NCBI GenBank assembly: GCA_965242865.1
Contig: CBDETK010000013.1
Location: 1,600,001 to 1,664,000 of the forward strand
Length of the DNA: 64,000 bases
From: Candidatus Latescibacterota bacterium
GTDB lineage: Bacteria; Latescibacterota; UBA2968; UBA8231
Direction of reading: 5' to 3'
In this document: piece by piece, positions 17,877 to 28,228 of the stretch
Position numbering within the stretch: the first letter of the stretch is position 1
How the letters are laid out: each line of letters starts with the position of its first letter
Position numbers and translations under genes: made by a program
The notes under the pieces: model-generated
The model's input: the letters and a program-made list of their open reading frames with translations, nothing else
Told to the model about the DNA's origin: nothing
Database searches by the model: none

Positions 17877-18902
17877 CTATAAATACTCCGCAATCCGCTT
17901 AGGCTCCCCATCCTCAGTCGTCTCCATCGCCGCAATCACCAACGCGAAGCTCTGCAAGTTGTCTTCAATCCGCGTCGCCGACGCCTCACCGCCCTCCAGC
18001 CAATCCACAAACTCCTTGAACAAATAGTCGTGCCCGGCCCACTCCATAGCCGGTGCCGCATATACCTCCACCTCCTCCCCCACTCGATACACTCGCACCT
18101 CGTCCCCCGCTCCGATCTCCACCGTCCCTTCCTCGAATTCGAGGCGATAGTACTCGCGCTGCCAACAACTCGTAATCCCGGCGGCCGAGCTGTTTCCCTC
18201 GTAGGCCGTATGCACTCCATTGTCCATCCTCATCAGGTAAAACCCGCTCGAATAGTGCTTAAAACTCGACCACGCCGGATTCCACCCAAACCCTTGCAGC
18301 ACCTCGCAATCGCCCCCGGACAAAAAGCGCATCATATCGAAGTGATGCACCGCGCCCTCAAAGAGCAAGCTGAAATCCATGTCGTGTCGCCAAGCCTTGC
18401 CCCACGATAAGTATTCGCGATAATCGCAGGCGTAGCGGCCAACGATGTGCTGCAACCGCCCCAAGCACCCTTCCTCGCGCAGCCGCACCACCTCTTGCTT
18501 GTTGGGCGCGTAGCGGTAATTCTGGATGATCGCGCACGGCAACCCGGTCTCCGCGGCCTGGGCCGCCATGGCTTGGGCCGCTGCTAAGGTGTCGGCAATC
18601 GGCTTCTCGCAAATAACCGGCATCCCCGCTTCCAGCGCGGCGATGGCCTGCGGGCTGTGGAACTGCGGCGGGGTGGCAATGCCGCAGAAATCGGCCGGCA
18701 CCTTAGCGCACGCCTCTTGGTAATCGGCAAAGAGCTGCTCGGCCCCCAAGCCGAGCTGGGCCCCTTGGGCCGCGAGCACTTCCTCGTTGACATCCACTAG
18801 CCCGACGATCTGGATTCGGTCGCCGAGACGCTCGGTCATCCGCCCGATCCAACCGCCGGCCATGCCGCTGGCCCCTATCATCAAACAGGTTTTAACTGCC
18901 AT
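17877..18902 (-). CDS. Gfo/Idh/MocA oxidoreductase
   Basis: IATPPQFH, VICEKP, QNYRY, HHFD. Confidence 0.9.
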   Translation of the reverse strand: MAVKTCLMIGASGMAGGWIGRMTERLGDRIQIVGLVDVNEEVLAAQGAQLGLGAEQLFADYQEACAKVPADFCGIATPPQFHSPQAIAALEAGMPVICEKPIADTLAAAQAMAAQAAETGLPCAIIQNYRYAPNKQEVVRLREEGCLGRLQHIVGRYACDYREYLSWGKAWRHDMDFSLLFEGAVHHFDMMRFLSGGDCEVLQGFGWNPAWSSFKHYSSGFYLMRMDNGVHTAYEGNSSAAGITSCWQREYYRLEFEEGTVEIGAGDEVRVYRVGEEVEVYAAPAMEWAGHDYLFKEFVDWLEGGEASATRIEDNLQSFALVIAAMETTEDGEPKRIAEYL

Positions 18903-18934
18903 GCTATCCACCTTTGTTTGGTTGAGTTGAGGAA

Positions 18935-21283
18935 CTAATAGGCCAAAGCAAGGGGCCGCAAGACCGCCTCGCTCTGGCTCGCCGTGCCCGGGTCAATGAG
19001 GCAAAGATACATCCCCGGCCCTGCCAACTGACGGCCCCCAGTCCGCCCGGACCAGCGAAAGTGCCAGCGCCCAGCAACCTCGCTCCCCGTAGGCTGGGCC
19101 ACCAACCGGCCGGCGACGTCAAAAATCTGCACCTGTGGCTGGATGCCCTGGGCCTTGAATACCATAAAGCTAATCTCCACCGCGTCGTTGACCCCATCGC
19201 CGTTGGGCGTAAACGCCACGGGCGCGATCTCCACCTCGCCGACGAGTGCCGTCTGGCGGGGCAGGTCGGGCAACAACACGACATTGGCCCGTCGCTCGCT
19301 TGGCACGACGGACTGCCAGATTCCAGGGCGCTCGCCCAAGCCTAGGTCGAGCGCGAACAGCGCGGCGTTGTCCCAAAGCCGCGCTGTAAAATCCACTTCC
19401 ACTGAATCAGCGACCACTCGGCGCGGCAACAAGACCAACAGCGAATCGCCGTGCAACTGCACCGCTTCGGGCGCAACCTCCGCTCCGCCGATCCGCAGGG
19501 CCACCTCGCCCGCAGTCGCGCCGGGAATCTGCAAGCGCAAGCGATCAAAGCCGCTGTCCTGCCCGTCGGTGCCCGGCCACAGCGTATAGGTAAAGCGCGT
19601 ATCCTCATTGACCCGGGCTTCCCGCGGCCAGATTTGCCCGCGCGCCGACTGCACGAGCGCGTCGGTAAACGCTAGGGTCAGCGCGTCCACGGTCGGCGCC
19701 ACCTGCGGATCGTCCGTGGCGAGAATCATCTCCAACTGCACGAAGCGACGCGGGCTCGTCGATTGGAAGGGCTCGCCCGACGCCTGATACACATTGCTCC
19801 AAGCGTCCCAATCTTCGCCGACGACCCAGGTCGTATCAATGGCACCTTTTAAGACCTTGGGCAAGCTGTTCCACTTCTCCTCGGAGACGATGTCGCCTTT
19901 GCGATCTAAGAACGTGTACACTTCCTGCAGGGCATTGCCCGAGCGCGAACGCAGTTGAATTTTGGTCTGCGGAGGCAGGTCGGCCTCCCATGTAATCCGC
20001 TCGATCACTTGGGGCCGGCCGTTGCCGGCCTGCGACGCCAAGTCGATAAAGCCCGAGCGCATGTTCACCTGGGCCGGATGCCCCGCGGAAAAAAGCATCG
20101 CCTCCAAGCCCCAACCAAACCCCGGCGGCGTCCCGTCAATTTCGTGCCAAAGTACGTAGCGCACCTTGCGCGGAGCGAACAGATAGCGCTGATGAAAGAG
20201 CCGGCCGAGGCACTGGGGCCGACAGCTATCTTCGACCAGAACCTCGTAGTCCGTCCGCTCGGGGACCGGCAACCCCGAGCTAGCGGCTGGGCGGCCATCG
20301 GACACTAAAAACAACCCGCCAGCCGCCGAGGGATTGCCGCCTTGGACTTGGCTGCGCAGCCCTTCGCCTAGCTGGCTGAAGTACATGAACAACTCGTCGA
20401 GGAAAAACACCGCCCCTAAATCCACTCGCCACCACACGCCGGCCTCCAGCCAACCGCCCTCGGCACTGGTCAGCAGCGCGAAGCTGTCCATATTGCCGTC
20501 GAACATTAGTGCCGCGCCCGTAGTCCGGCCGCCTTCGAGAAAACTGCCGCCGCGACCCGCCGTGCCCAAGCTCACATTGTCCCCCACCGCCAAGACCTCG
20601 ACCTCGGCTAGCCCCACGCCCGGGGTGTGTTCGTCAATCTCGATGATGATGTACTGGATCACTCGAAAGCGCTTCTCGCGCTCTAAATCGAGCTGCAACC
20701 CCTCGTCGAGTACGTAGGTGCTGTCGGTTCTTAGGTACTCCAAGGGAATCACCAGTTCGGTCGCGCTGTTGGGTCTGGAGGTGCGATAGACGGCTTCAAA
20801 TTTGAATACATCGTTGAGCGCTTGGATGCGGGCGCCCGAGGCGACAAAGACGCTGAATTGCCGCAAGGGCCGCGCCCCCTCGTGGTCGGGAAAGCGCAAG
20901 CGAATCTGACGCGCCAGCACCGGACGCCCCAAATCTATCTGCACGGACCACTGATCGAGCGCATCGTCGGGGTCGGGTTGCCAGCAGGTTGTCACATCGC
21001 CATCGACGATCAAATCTGCTGTCTGCGGATTGCTCTTGGCCTCCCAGATCCCGCCGGTCACCTCGCCGCGCTCCTGAGTTGGATGGCGAAAGTCTCCAGC
21101 GTTGGCCACGGCGTTGATCTCCTTGCGGAACTTGGTCAGCCGCAGCCTGCCGTCGGCATCAATTTGCACCAAATCATTGGGCATCTGCCAAGTCTGCCAC
21201 GCGGCCGCACTGTCGAAGCGGAGCTCATCGGCCCCCACCGCTCCGATTCCCAGTAGGAGTGCGTACAACGAGCGCAGCGCCAT
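18935..21283 (-). CDS. Secreted beta-rich protein with discoidin-like modules and C-terminal FTPNGDG/FlgD-Ig domain
   Basis: Signal-like N-terminus, IDLG/VDLG repeats, AFTPNGDGVND...WSGR...GPGMYL. Confidence 0.7.
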   Translation of the reverse strand: MALRSLYALLLGIGAVGADELRFDSAAAWQTWQMPNDLVQIDADGRLRLTKFRKEINAVANAGDFRHPTQERGEVTGGIWEAKSNPQTADLIVDGDVTTCWQPDPDDALDQWSVQIDLGRPVLARQIRLRFPDHEGARPLRQFSVFVASGARIQALNDVFKFEAVYRTSRPNSATELVIPLEYLRTDSTYVLDEGLQLDLEREKRFRVIQYIIIEIDEHTPGVGLAEVEVLAVGDNVSLGTAGRGGSFLEGGRTTGAALMFDGNMDSFALLTSAEGGWLEAGVWWRVDLGAVFFLDELFMYFSQLGEGLRSQVQGGNPSAAGGLFLVSDGRPAASSGLPVPERTDYEVLVEDSCRPQCLGRLFHQRYLFAPRKVRYVLWHEIDGTPPGFGWGLEAMLFSAGHPAQVNMRSGFIDLASQAGNGRPQVIERITWEADLPPQTKIQLRSRSGNALQEVYTFLDRKGDIVSEEKWNSLPKVLKGAIDTTWVVGEDWDAWSNVYQASGEPFQSTSPRRFVQLEMILATDDPQVAPTVDALTLAFTDALVQSARGQIWPREARVNEDTRFTYTLWPGTDGQDSGFDRLRLQIPGATAGEVALRIGGAEVAPEAVQLHGDSLLVLLPRRVVADSVEVDFTARLWDNAALFALDLGLGERPGIWQSVVPSERRANVVLLPDLPRQTALVGEVEIAPVAFTPNGDGVNDAVEISFMVFKAQGIQPQVQIFDVAGRLVAQPTGSEVAGRWHFRWSGRTGGRQLAGPGMYLCLIDPGTASQSEAVLRPLALAY

Positions 21284-21284
21284 C

Positions 21285-23303
21285 TCAGTAAATCAGGGCT
21301 AACGGGCGCAACCGCCGGCGTCCCGTCCGCTCGGCTTCGGGTGCTATTTCCACTAGATAGAGGCCGGGCAACAACAAAGCCCCATCGCGATCTCGCCCAT
21401 CCCAGCGCACCCGCTGCGCCCCGAAACGCTGCGCCCCCAACGACCGCTGGGCCACCTGCCTCCCGTCGAGCGCATACACCTTGAACGCTACGGGCACCGC
21501 CTCGGGCAACCCTACCAGTGCATAGCCGATCTCAATCTCGTCGTGAACCCCGTCGCCATTGGGCGTCAGCACCCTAGAGGAAAAATTCAACCCCACCACC
21601 GGCTCAGCGCGTTGCCCGGCCATCCCCAAGATCCGCAGGCTATTGGTCCCCAGCTCGGCGCTGGCATCGCCCGGTTCGACGGGCTGGGCCAGCGCATCGA
21701 CGCCAGCATTATAGACCTCACCCGAAAACGTCCAAGCCAGCGCGAACACCTCGGCGACAAAGACTACGCGCGCCCCGGCCGCGGACCCCGGGCCGACCCG
21801 CTCGGGCAACACGACCGTTAGTTCCTCCGCGCCTTCGACGATTTCAACCGGCTCGACCGCAACCGGAGGATCCCCCATCTCCAACCGGGTAAACGCCGCA
21901 CGCGTACCCGTGCGAATCCGCAGCGCGTCAAAGCCCGTCTCCGCAGCGGCAAACTCGCCGCGAATGTCGTAGATCAGTTCGGCCGCTTGCCCCAACGGCA
22001 CTTGGGTCAAGCCCCCCGCCGGCCGCACAGCGCCGGCCAGTGCCACCTCGCCCACGACCCGGCTAGCCAGCAGCGCCGCGGTCTCAATCCACAGCGAGTC
22101 GAGCCGCACGAACGCGGCAAAGTCCTCGCTGTGGAGCGCAATCCGCAACTGGAAATGGGTCCCCCCTTTGAGGCCAATCGCCGGCCCCGGTTCGGCAAAG
22201 GGCAACGACCAAAACGACCAATTGGCGCTATCGTACTGAATGGAGGCGCGCATGCCCGGCCGGGGATCGCGCTGACGCCCGGCGCGCCAGCGCGGCTGCA
22301 GCACCAAATCGTAGCGCGTGCGCGTCACCACTTCCTCGCCGCCGCGGTCCGTGTACTCGTGGTAGATGTTCGGATCGCCATCGCGGCCTGTGCGCACCTC
22401 CACTTCAACTCCCACCTCGGCGTCGGGGGCCTCCACCAGCTCGCCATCGACCACGCGCAACGGCGTGGCCGCCCAAGACAAGCGGCCAAAGTTGCGGGGC
22501 GCACCCAAGTCGAAAATCCGCGAGCGGTACACCGCCCGGCGCGGCACCCCCTCGCCAAAAAGCTCGAAATCCCCGATCGAGCCTTTGAAAGCCGCCCCAG
22601 AGCCGGTGCTGTAGGTCTGCCCCTCGGCCGAATCCAAAAGCGATGTCTTCCGCTTGTAGCGCACAAAGCGCACGTATTGCCTGGGGAACTCGATCTGCAC
22701 TCGGGCGGCAAAGTTTTCGGCTACATCGGCGATCAGCGGGCCAATTCGCTTGTACGGCTGGCTGCCCAACAGCCAACTGGGGTCGCCTGCTGCGGCGATG
22801 GATACCTCGTAGGCGGGCACGGCATCTTGGGCAAAGGGAATCCCGTCGGCGCGAAAGCCCCGCGGCGGCGTAAAAAAACCAAAGCGATGCGCCGGCACCG
22901 GTACGCCCAGATCAATGGTGTACCAGACGGATTCGGGATTGGACGAGACCGGCGGATTGAACGACATACTGTCGCCATCGACCATATAGGTCCCATTGTG
23001 GGCGGTCGTCTCGTTGCCCTGCGAACCCTTCCAAGCCCGGGGCGTCTCGCCCTCAACATAGGACAACTCGCGCGGCTCTTTGAGGGGTTCCCAGCCGGTC
23101 AAGAGCGCGAGCAAACTTTGGTTGGGGTCGATATAGACAGGTTGGATCGCGCCGGGCACTGAATCGAAATCAACGAGCACCACAGCGGAATCGTTTTCAC
23201 TCCAAGCCAAGCCCGCGCCGCCGATCTGCCAAGTGTGCCGCTGGGCACTGCTAGCCGTCGCCCAGCAGACCACAAGCAGCCCGGTGAGGGTCTTAACCGC
23301 CAT
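21285..23303 (-). CDS. Secreted protein with C-terminal TPNGDG/FlgD-Ig domain (paralogous architecture)
   Basis: Signal peptide, IDLG, LTPNGDGVHD...WDGRDRDG..LLPGLYL. Confidence 0.7.
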   Translation of the reverse strand: MAVKTLTGLLVVCWATASSAQRHTWQIGGAGLAWSENDSAVVLVDFDSVPGAIQPVYIDPNQSLLALLTGWEPLKEPRELSYVEGETPRAWKGSQGNETTAHNGTYMVDGDSMSFNPPVSSNPESVWYTIDLGVPVPAHRFGFFTPPRGFRADGIPFAQDAVPAYEVSIAAAGDPSWLLGSQPYKRIGPLIADVAENFAARVQIEFPRQYVRFVRYKRKTSLLDSAEGQTYSTGSGAAFKGSIGDFELFGEGVPRRAVYRSRIFDLGAPRNFGRLSWAATPLRVVDGELVEAPDAEVGVEVEVRTGRDGDPNIYHEYTDRGGEEVVTRTRYDLVLQPRWRAGRQRDPRPGMRASIQYDSANWSFWSLPFAEPGPAIGLKGGTHFQLRIALHSEDFAAFVRLDSLWIETAALLASRVVGEVALAGAVRPAGGLTQVPLGQAAELIYDIRGEFAAAETGFDALRIRTGTRAAFTRLEMGDPPVAVEPVEIVEGAEELTVVLPERVGPGSAAGARVVFVAEVFALAWTFSGEVYNAGVDALAQPVEPGDASAELGTNSLRILGMAGQRAEPVVGLNFSSRVLTPNGDGVHDEIEIGYALVGLPEAVPVAFKVYALDGRQVAQRSLGAQRFGAQRVRWDGRDRDGALLLPGLYLVEIAPEAERTGRRRLRPLALIY

Positions 23304-23426
23304 GAGATTGTAACTCAACGGCCCCATAGAATTTAAGGTACGACAAACTAGGCAAAATTCCTTATCTTAGGTGTTTCTTTGTACAGCACCTCTTTTATTT
23401 ATACCTCCCAATTGAACGGCAACCGC

Positions 23427-24719
23427 ATGCGAAAGCACGCCATTGAGCAAGGAATTTTGGTTTTTCCCGCCGGCGCTGCAATCAATAGGCAGGTCGCGGG
23501 CCGCACCCTGCTCCAGCGCGGAATCCGCACCATGGCGAGCGCGGGCATCAAGCGCGTCTTGGTCGTGCTCCCCCCCGGCCAAGCCCCTACCGACAAATCG
23601 CCGGTTCCCGACCTCGACATCCAAGTAGAGCAAACCACCCCGGAGGCCGCTCGGCCCCCGGACGCGCCGGTGCTGCTGCTCGCGGGCGATTGCGTCCACC
23701 ACCACTCCTCCCTGCGCGCCCTCATGGACGCGGGCCTGCAACGAGACTCCCTGGTCGCGCAGACCAGCGATGGCGGGCGCGTTAGCAGCGGAGCGTTCCT
23801 CAGCGCAGCCGGCGCGTTGCCCCCGGACGCGCTAACCGGCGCCCTCTGGAACGCGCTCGCAGCGCGTCCACACCGCCGCGAAGACAGCGCGCCGCACCTG
23901 TGGCAACGGGTGACCGACAAGCGCAGCGCACGCGCCGCTAAGAACATGCTCTTCGACCAAGTCAGCAAGGCCACCAGCGGCACGGTCGCGCGCTTGCTCA
24001 ACGTGCGCCTCTCCGTGCCCATCAGCAAGCTCCTCGTCGATACCGGGATCTCGCCCAACATGGCGACCTTTTTCTTGGTCCTGTGCCCGGGCCTGTTCGC
24101 CGCCTATCTGGCGACGCAGCCCGACGATTACCTGCGGCTCGCCTGCGCGGGTCTCCTCTGGCAGTTCGCCTCCATCCTCGATGGCTGCGACGGCGAGATC
24201 GCGCGCGTCAAGCTGGCCGAGACCCGGTTTGGCGCGTGGTTCGACACCCTAACCGACAACCTCGCGTATCTCTGCGGGTACGCCGCCCTGCTGGTCGGGA
24301 TGCGGCAGCTCTATCCCGACGATTACTTGCCCCTCTACGCCGGCATCTCGGCCCTTGCCTCGCTGGTCCTGACCTTGGTCTTGCTCTACGGCTACGCCCT
24401 GAAAACCAGCACCGGCAGCCTGCAATACTACCTCGGCGACCTAACCAACAAGGTGCCCCATTCCGAAAAGGACTGGGGCTATCGGTTCCTAGAGCGCACC
24501 GGCTTTATGGCCAAGCGCGACTTCCTCTCGTTGTTCATTGCCGTCGGCTTAGTGGCCAATCTGTTGGCGGTCGTGTATTGGTTCTTGGTCGTCCTGATCC
24601 ACGTGGCAGCGCTAGGCGTTTTGACTACCCACTATCGGCTGACGGGCCACCAGCGCGCCGCCCAACCGCAAGCTGCCTCGCTTCCGGCCCCGGCCGTCAA
24701 TCGAGAGGACGCCGCGTGA
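23427..24719 (+). CDS. CDP-alcohol phosphatidyltransferase with degenerate NTP-transferase-like N-domain
   Basis: ISPN, LDGCDGEIAR...FGAWFDTLTD signature; several TM helices. Confidence 0.85.
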   Translation: MRKHAIEQGILVFPAGAAINRQVAGRTLLQRGIRTMASAGIKRVLVVLPPGQAPTDKSPVPDLDIQVEQTTPEAARPPDAPVLLLAGDCVHHHSSLRALMDAGLQRDSLVAQTSDGGRVSSGAFLSAAGALPPDALTGALWNALAARPHRREDSAPHLWQRVTDKRSARAAKNMLFDQVSKATSGTVARLLNVRLSVPISKLLVDTGISPNMATFFLVLCPGLFAAYLATQPDDYLRLACAGLLWQFASILDGCDGEIARVKLAETRFGAWFDTLTDNLAYLCGYAALLVGMRQLYPDDYLPLYAGISALASLVLTLVLLYGYALKTSTGSLQYYLGDLTNKVPHSEKDWGYRFLERTGFMAKRDFLSLFIAVGLVANLLAVVYWFLVVLIHVAALGVLTTHYRLTGHQRAAQPQAASLPAPAVNREDAA

Positions 24720-25747
24720 AAGCCCTGCAAGTCTCCATGGTCGCTCTGGGCTTTTTGCTGCTGGGCTATCTCGTCGGCCAGCTCGGCGTCGACGAGGTCC
24801 TCCACCACTTAGACGCGATCAAGTGGACGTTCCCCTTGCTGTTGCTGCCCTCGTGCGCTTGGCACCTTTCCAACACGGTCGCGTGGAACTTTGCCTTCCC
24901 ACCCGACGCGTTCAAACCGCGGCTGCCCGTGCTCTTTGCGGCCAAGCTGGCCGGCGAAGCCGTCAACCAGCTAACGCCGCTGGCCAATCTCGGCGGCGAG
25001 CCGGTCAAGGCTTACTTGCTCACCCACCGGACGCCCGGCCCGCGCGGCATGGCCTCGGTGGTCGTCGATAAAACCGCCCAACTCGTGGTCGGCCTGACTT
25101 TTACCATTCTCGGCCTCGGGCTGTTGTTTTACTACCACGACGTGTCCGAGCTGATTCCCTTGGAGTACCGCGCCTTATTCGCGTTTTTGCTCGTGACCAG
25201 CCCGGTGGCCCTCTACCTATTTTACAAGCACCAAGAGCGCATGTTCACTTCCCTGCTCAAGCTCCTGCGCTTTGCTCGGCTGCGAACCGACCTGATCGAG
25301 CGCAATATGGGGCGGGCGGCGCGCATCGATACCAACATCGGCACCTTCTACCGCCTACACCGGGTCCGCTTCTTGCAGGCTTTGTTTTTCCAGAGCATCG
25401 GCTGGTTTATGGGCACTTGCGAGACCTATGTCATCCTCCGCGCCCTCGACGCGGACATCGGCTTCTGGTTCTGCTTTGTGCTCAACGCGCTGGGAGCGGT
25501 TATCAACGGTCTGTTCTTTTTTATGCCCTCCAATATCGGGGTGATGGAGGGGAGCTTAGTCTTTTTGTTTTCCAGCTTGGGGCTCGACCCCGCGCTGGGC
25601 TTGTCCGTGGGATTGGCGCGCCGCATGCGCCGCGTGTTCTGGATTTTCATTGGCTGGACCTGTCTCAGCTACATGAGCCGCACCGCGCTCCAGCGCCGCG
25701 CCTCCACCGCGTTGACCATCCTTCAGGAACAAGAAAACCCGCGCTGA
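24716..25747 (+). CDS. Lysylphosphatidylglycerol synthase TM / flippase-like (UPF0104)
   Basis: GTG start overlapping the previous stop; NQLTPLANLGGEPVK, PSNIGVMEG. Confidence 0.85.
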   Translation: MKALQVSMVALGFLLLGYLVGQLGVDEVLHHLDAIKWTFPLLLLPSCAWHLSNTVAWNFAFPPDAFKPRLPVLFAAKLAGEAVNQLTPLANLGGEPVKAYLLTHRTPGPRGMASVVVDKTAQLVVGLTFTILGLGLLFYYHDVSELIPLEYRALFAFLLVTSPVALYLFYKHQERMFTSLLKLLRFARLRTDLIERNMGRAARIDTNIGTFYRLHRVRFLQALFFQSIGWFMGTCETYVILRALDADIGFWFCFVLNALGAVINGLFFFMPSNIGVMEGSLVFLFSSLGLDPALGLSVGLARRMRRVFWIFIGWTCLSYMSRTALQRRASTALTILQEQENPR

Positions 25748-25764
25748 CCCACAAGAGTAGAGCC

Positions 25765-26520
25765 ATGCGCCGACTCATACTCGCTTGCCTGGCGGGCTCC
25801 TGCGTCCTCTCTCTCTACACTGCCTCTGCCCAAGACGCGCCGCCGGCTGGAGGTGGGCGCGAAGCCCCCTCGTACATCGTCGTCGAAGACTTTGCCACCA
25901 CGTCCCTGGACAGCCTGCCCCGCGGCTGGCGCTGGCGCAGCAAAGACGACGACAAACCCAAGCTCTACGCCGTCCGCGAGGCCAACGGGCGCCGCTACCT
26001 AGCCGCCCAAGACACTGGCCATTCGGTCGTCCTCATGAAGCGATTCCACTGGGACCCGCGGCAATACCCCATTATGACTTGGTGCTGGCGCGCCGACGCC
26101 CTGCCGCCGGGCGGCGACGAGCGCTATACCGAGACCAACGACAGCGCGGCCGGCGTCCACGTCATTTTTTCGCACAACTTCCTCGGCATCCCGCGACAGA
26201 TCAAATACGTCTGGAGCACGACCTTGGCCATAGGCACGGTTGCCCGCCGCAAAGGCATTGCGCGCCCTTGGTTTGTCGTGCTCGAAAGCGGCCCCGAGAA
26301 ACTGGGGCAATGGCTGCAAGAGCAAGTCGATTTGGAGCGGGATCACGAGCGCGTCTTGTCGTCCAACCTGCCGAAAAAAACCATTGGCATCGCTTTGCTC
26401 ACCGATGCCAACTCGACTCAAGGGTACGCCGCGGCCGCTTACGCCGACTTCCGGGTCTGGCCCCGGGCCGCGCTGGAGCACATCCCGGACTATTGCGCGT
26501 CCCTCGCTCCCGCTCCATGA
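25765..26520 (+). CDS. DUF3047 secreted protein
   Basis: Signal peptide; W.WR...LP.GGDE...NDSAA, IKYVWS, GIALLTDANST. Confidence 0.8.
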   Translation: MRRLILACLAGSCVLSLYTASAQDAPPAGGGREAPSYIVVEDFATTSLDSLPRGWRWRSKDDDKPKLYAVREANGRRYLAAQDTGHSVVLMKRFHWDPRQYPIMTWCWRADALPPGGDERYTETNDSAAGVHVIFSHNFLGIPRQIKYVWSTTLAIGTVARRKGIARPWFVVLESGPEKLGQWLQEQVDLERDHERVLSSNLPKKTIGIALLTDANSTQGYAAAAYADFRVWPRAALEHIPDYCASLAPAP

Positions 26521-27650
26521 GGATCTGCATTGATGCGCGCTCCCTGCGCGACGTGCCCACCAGCCTCGGCCGCTACGCAGCCGATCTCGTCCGGCACATC
26601 GCCCAGTTAGACCGCGCAAACGAGTACATCGTCGTCCGCCGGCCATCGCGCCATGGCCCCATCGCCGATCAGGCCAACTTCCGGGAGATTTTCGCCCCGT
26701 CCGACATTTCCTCGGCGCACAACATCCTCGGCGGCGCTCGGGTCATCAATCGGCTCGACGCGGATGTGTACCACTCCCTGTTCCACTTTCTCCCCCTCGG
26801 CGTCCGCGCTCGGCGCGTCGTCATCACCCTGCACGACCTGATCTGGGTGGATCACCCCCACCTCGCCGATGGCCGACGCTGGCGGCGGTGGGTCAAGGGG
26901 TCGCTCGGCAGTTGGGGCATCCGGCGGGCCATGGCCGCGGCCGACCACATCGTCGCTGTCTCCAAAAGTACGCGCCGAGCCGCACTCAACCGCGGCGTAC
27001 CAGCCGACAAGATCACGGTCATTCTGCATGGCGTGGCCGCCGCTTGGCACACCGGCAAGGCGGAACCGGCCCTGTTTGGCGTGGGCAACGCGGCCGCGCC
27101 CCTGGACGCGCTTTTTGCCGACCGGCCTTTTGCGTTTGGCGTGGGCAACAGCTTGCCCTACAAAAACCTGCCGCGGCTGGTGCGCGCTTTTGCCCAAGTC
27201 GCCCCGGACCATCCCGCGCTCGCGCTCGTGCTGGCTGGCCGCGGCGAGGGCCATCCCGCGCTCGTGCGGCTGGCGCGGCAACTCGGCCTGCACGACCGGG
27301 TGCTCCTCGTCGGCTCGCTCAGCGACGACCAAATCCGCGCCTGTTTTGCCCACGCGCTCTTTTTCGCGTTTCCATCGCTGATAGAAGGGTTTGGGCTGCC
27401 CGTGCTCGAAGCCATGGCCAGCGGCTGTCCGGTGCTTACGTCGAACGGTTCTTCGCTCGCCGAGGTCGCCGGAGAAAGCGCGGTGCTCGTCGATCCGCTC
27501 GACACCGCCGCCATAGCCGCCGGAATGCAGCGCCTGCTGACCGATTCCGCCCTCCGCCAACGGCTATCGCGCCAAGGACGACAACGGGCCGCCGCCTTCA
27601 CGTGGGAAGCCGCGGCCCAGCAAACCATTCAACTATATAAGCAGCTATAG
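26517..27650 (+). CDS. Glycosyltransferase family 4 (MtfB/WbpY-like)
   Basis: MRICIDAR, TLHDL, YKNL, FPSLIEGFGLPVLEAMASG. Confidence 0.93.
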   Translation: MRICIDARSLRDVPTSLGRYAADLVRHIAQLDRANEYIVVRRPSRHGPIADQANFREIFAPSDISSAHNILGGARVINRLDADVYHSLFHFLPLGVRARRVVITLHDLIWVDHPHLADGRRWRRWVKGSLGSWGIRRAMAAADHIVAVSKSTRRAALNRGVPADKITVILHGVAAAWHTGKAEPALFGVGNAAAPLDALFADRPFAFGVGNSLPYKNLPRLVRAFAQVAPDHPALALVLAGRGEGHPALVRLARQLGLHDRVLLVGSLSDDQIRACFAHALFFAFPSLIEGFGLPVLEAMASGCPVLTSNGSSLAEVAGESAVLVDPLDTAAIAAGMQRLLTDSALRQRLSRQGRQRAAAFTWEAAAQQTIQLYKQL

Positions 27651-27682
27651 GCCGCAAGTCGCGCCGCCTATCCGCATGATAG

Positions 27683-28140
27683 CTACGGGCGGGTCGGCGG
27701 GATGCCCATGGGATGGGGGCCGTTGGTCAGCAAGCTCTGGCGGGCATGGTCGTACACTGCGTCCTGTATTTCGAGGATGCACACGGCTTGGTCGATAGTG
27801 GAGGCGAAGGAGCGTCCATCCGCCAAGGCGGTCAGGGCTTGCTCGACCATGGCCCTCATGCGCTCGCCGTGCGATAGCTCCTCACAAAACTGTACGCCCT
27901 CGGTGGTATGAACTTCGACGAGGGGTGTGCCTTCTTTGCCGTACTGCTGGAAAACCATGGCGCGGGTGCCGATAAAGCGGAAGAAGTGGTCGCCGCTGCG
28001 CTCCCCGGCCGGATAGGCGTAGCCGCTTTCGATCAAGCCGGTCACGCCCCCACCGGTGCGCAGCATTCCCAAGCCAATATCCTCCACGGTGCGGCCGGAG
28101 GCGGCATTGGACATGAGCGCACCGACCACGTGTTGTTGAA
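27683..28140 (-). pseudogene. C-terminal fragment of a Gfo/Idh/MocA-type oxidoreductase
   Basis: VEDIGLGMLR..GG.TGLIESGY pattern; Rossmann N-domain missing, cut at the start of the low-GC insert. Confidence 0.55.
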
Positions 28141-28228
28141 CGGACCTTTACCCTATCCACTTAGATATATACCTTCGTGTGAAGGACGATTACCCAAACC
28201 AATTATTCGGATACAAAGGAAAAATAAA

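Noticed and set aside
21987-23162. Long antisense or alternate-frame ORFs (also 5945-6892, 44685-45860, 48487-49632)
   Set aside because: Shadow ORFs opposite well-supported genes; no motifs.
24083-26516. Long N-terminal extensions of ORF-track calls (24083, 25417, 25785; likewise 27908, 31195, 32396, 33388, 41727)
   Set aside because: They overlap upstream genes in stop-poor GC-rich frames; starts were reassigned using RBS and domain boundaries.
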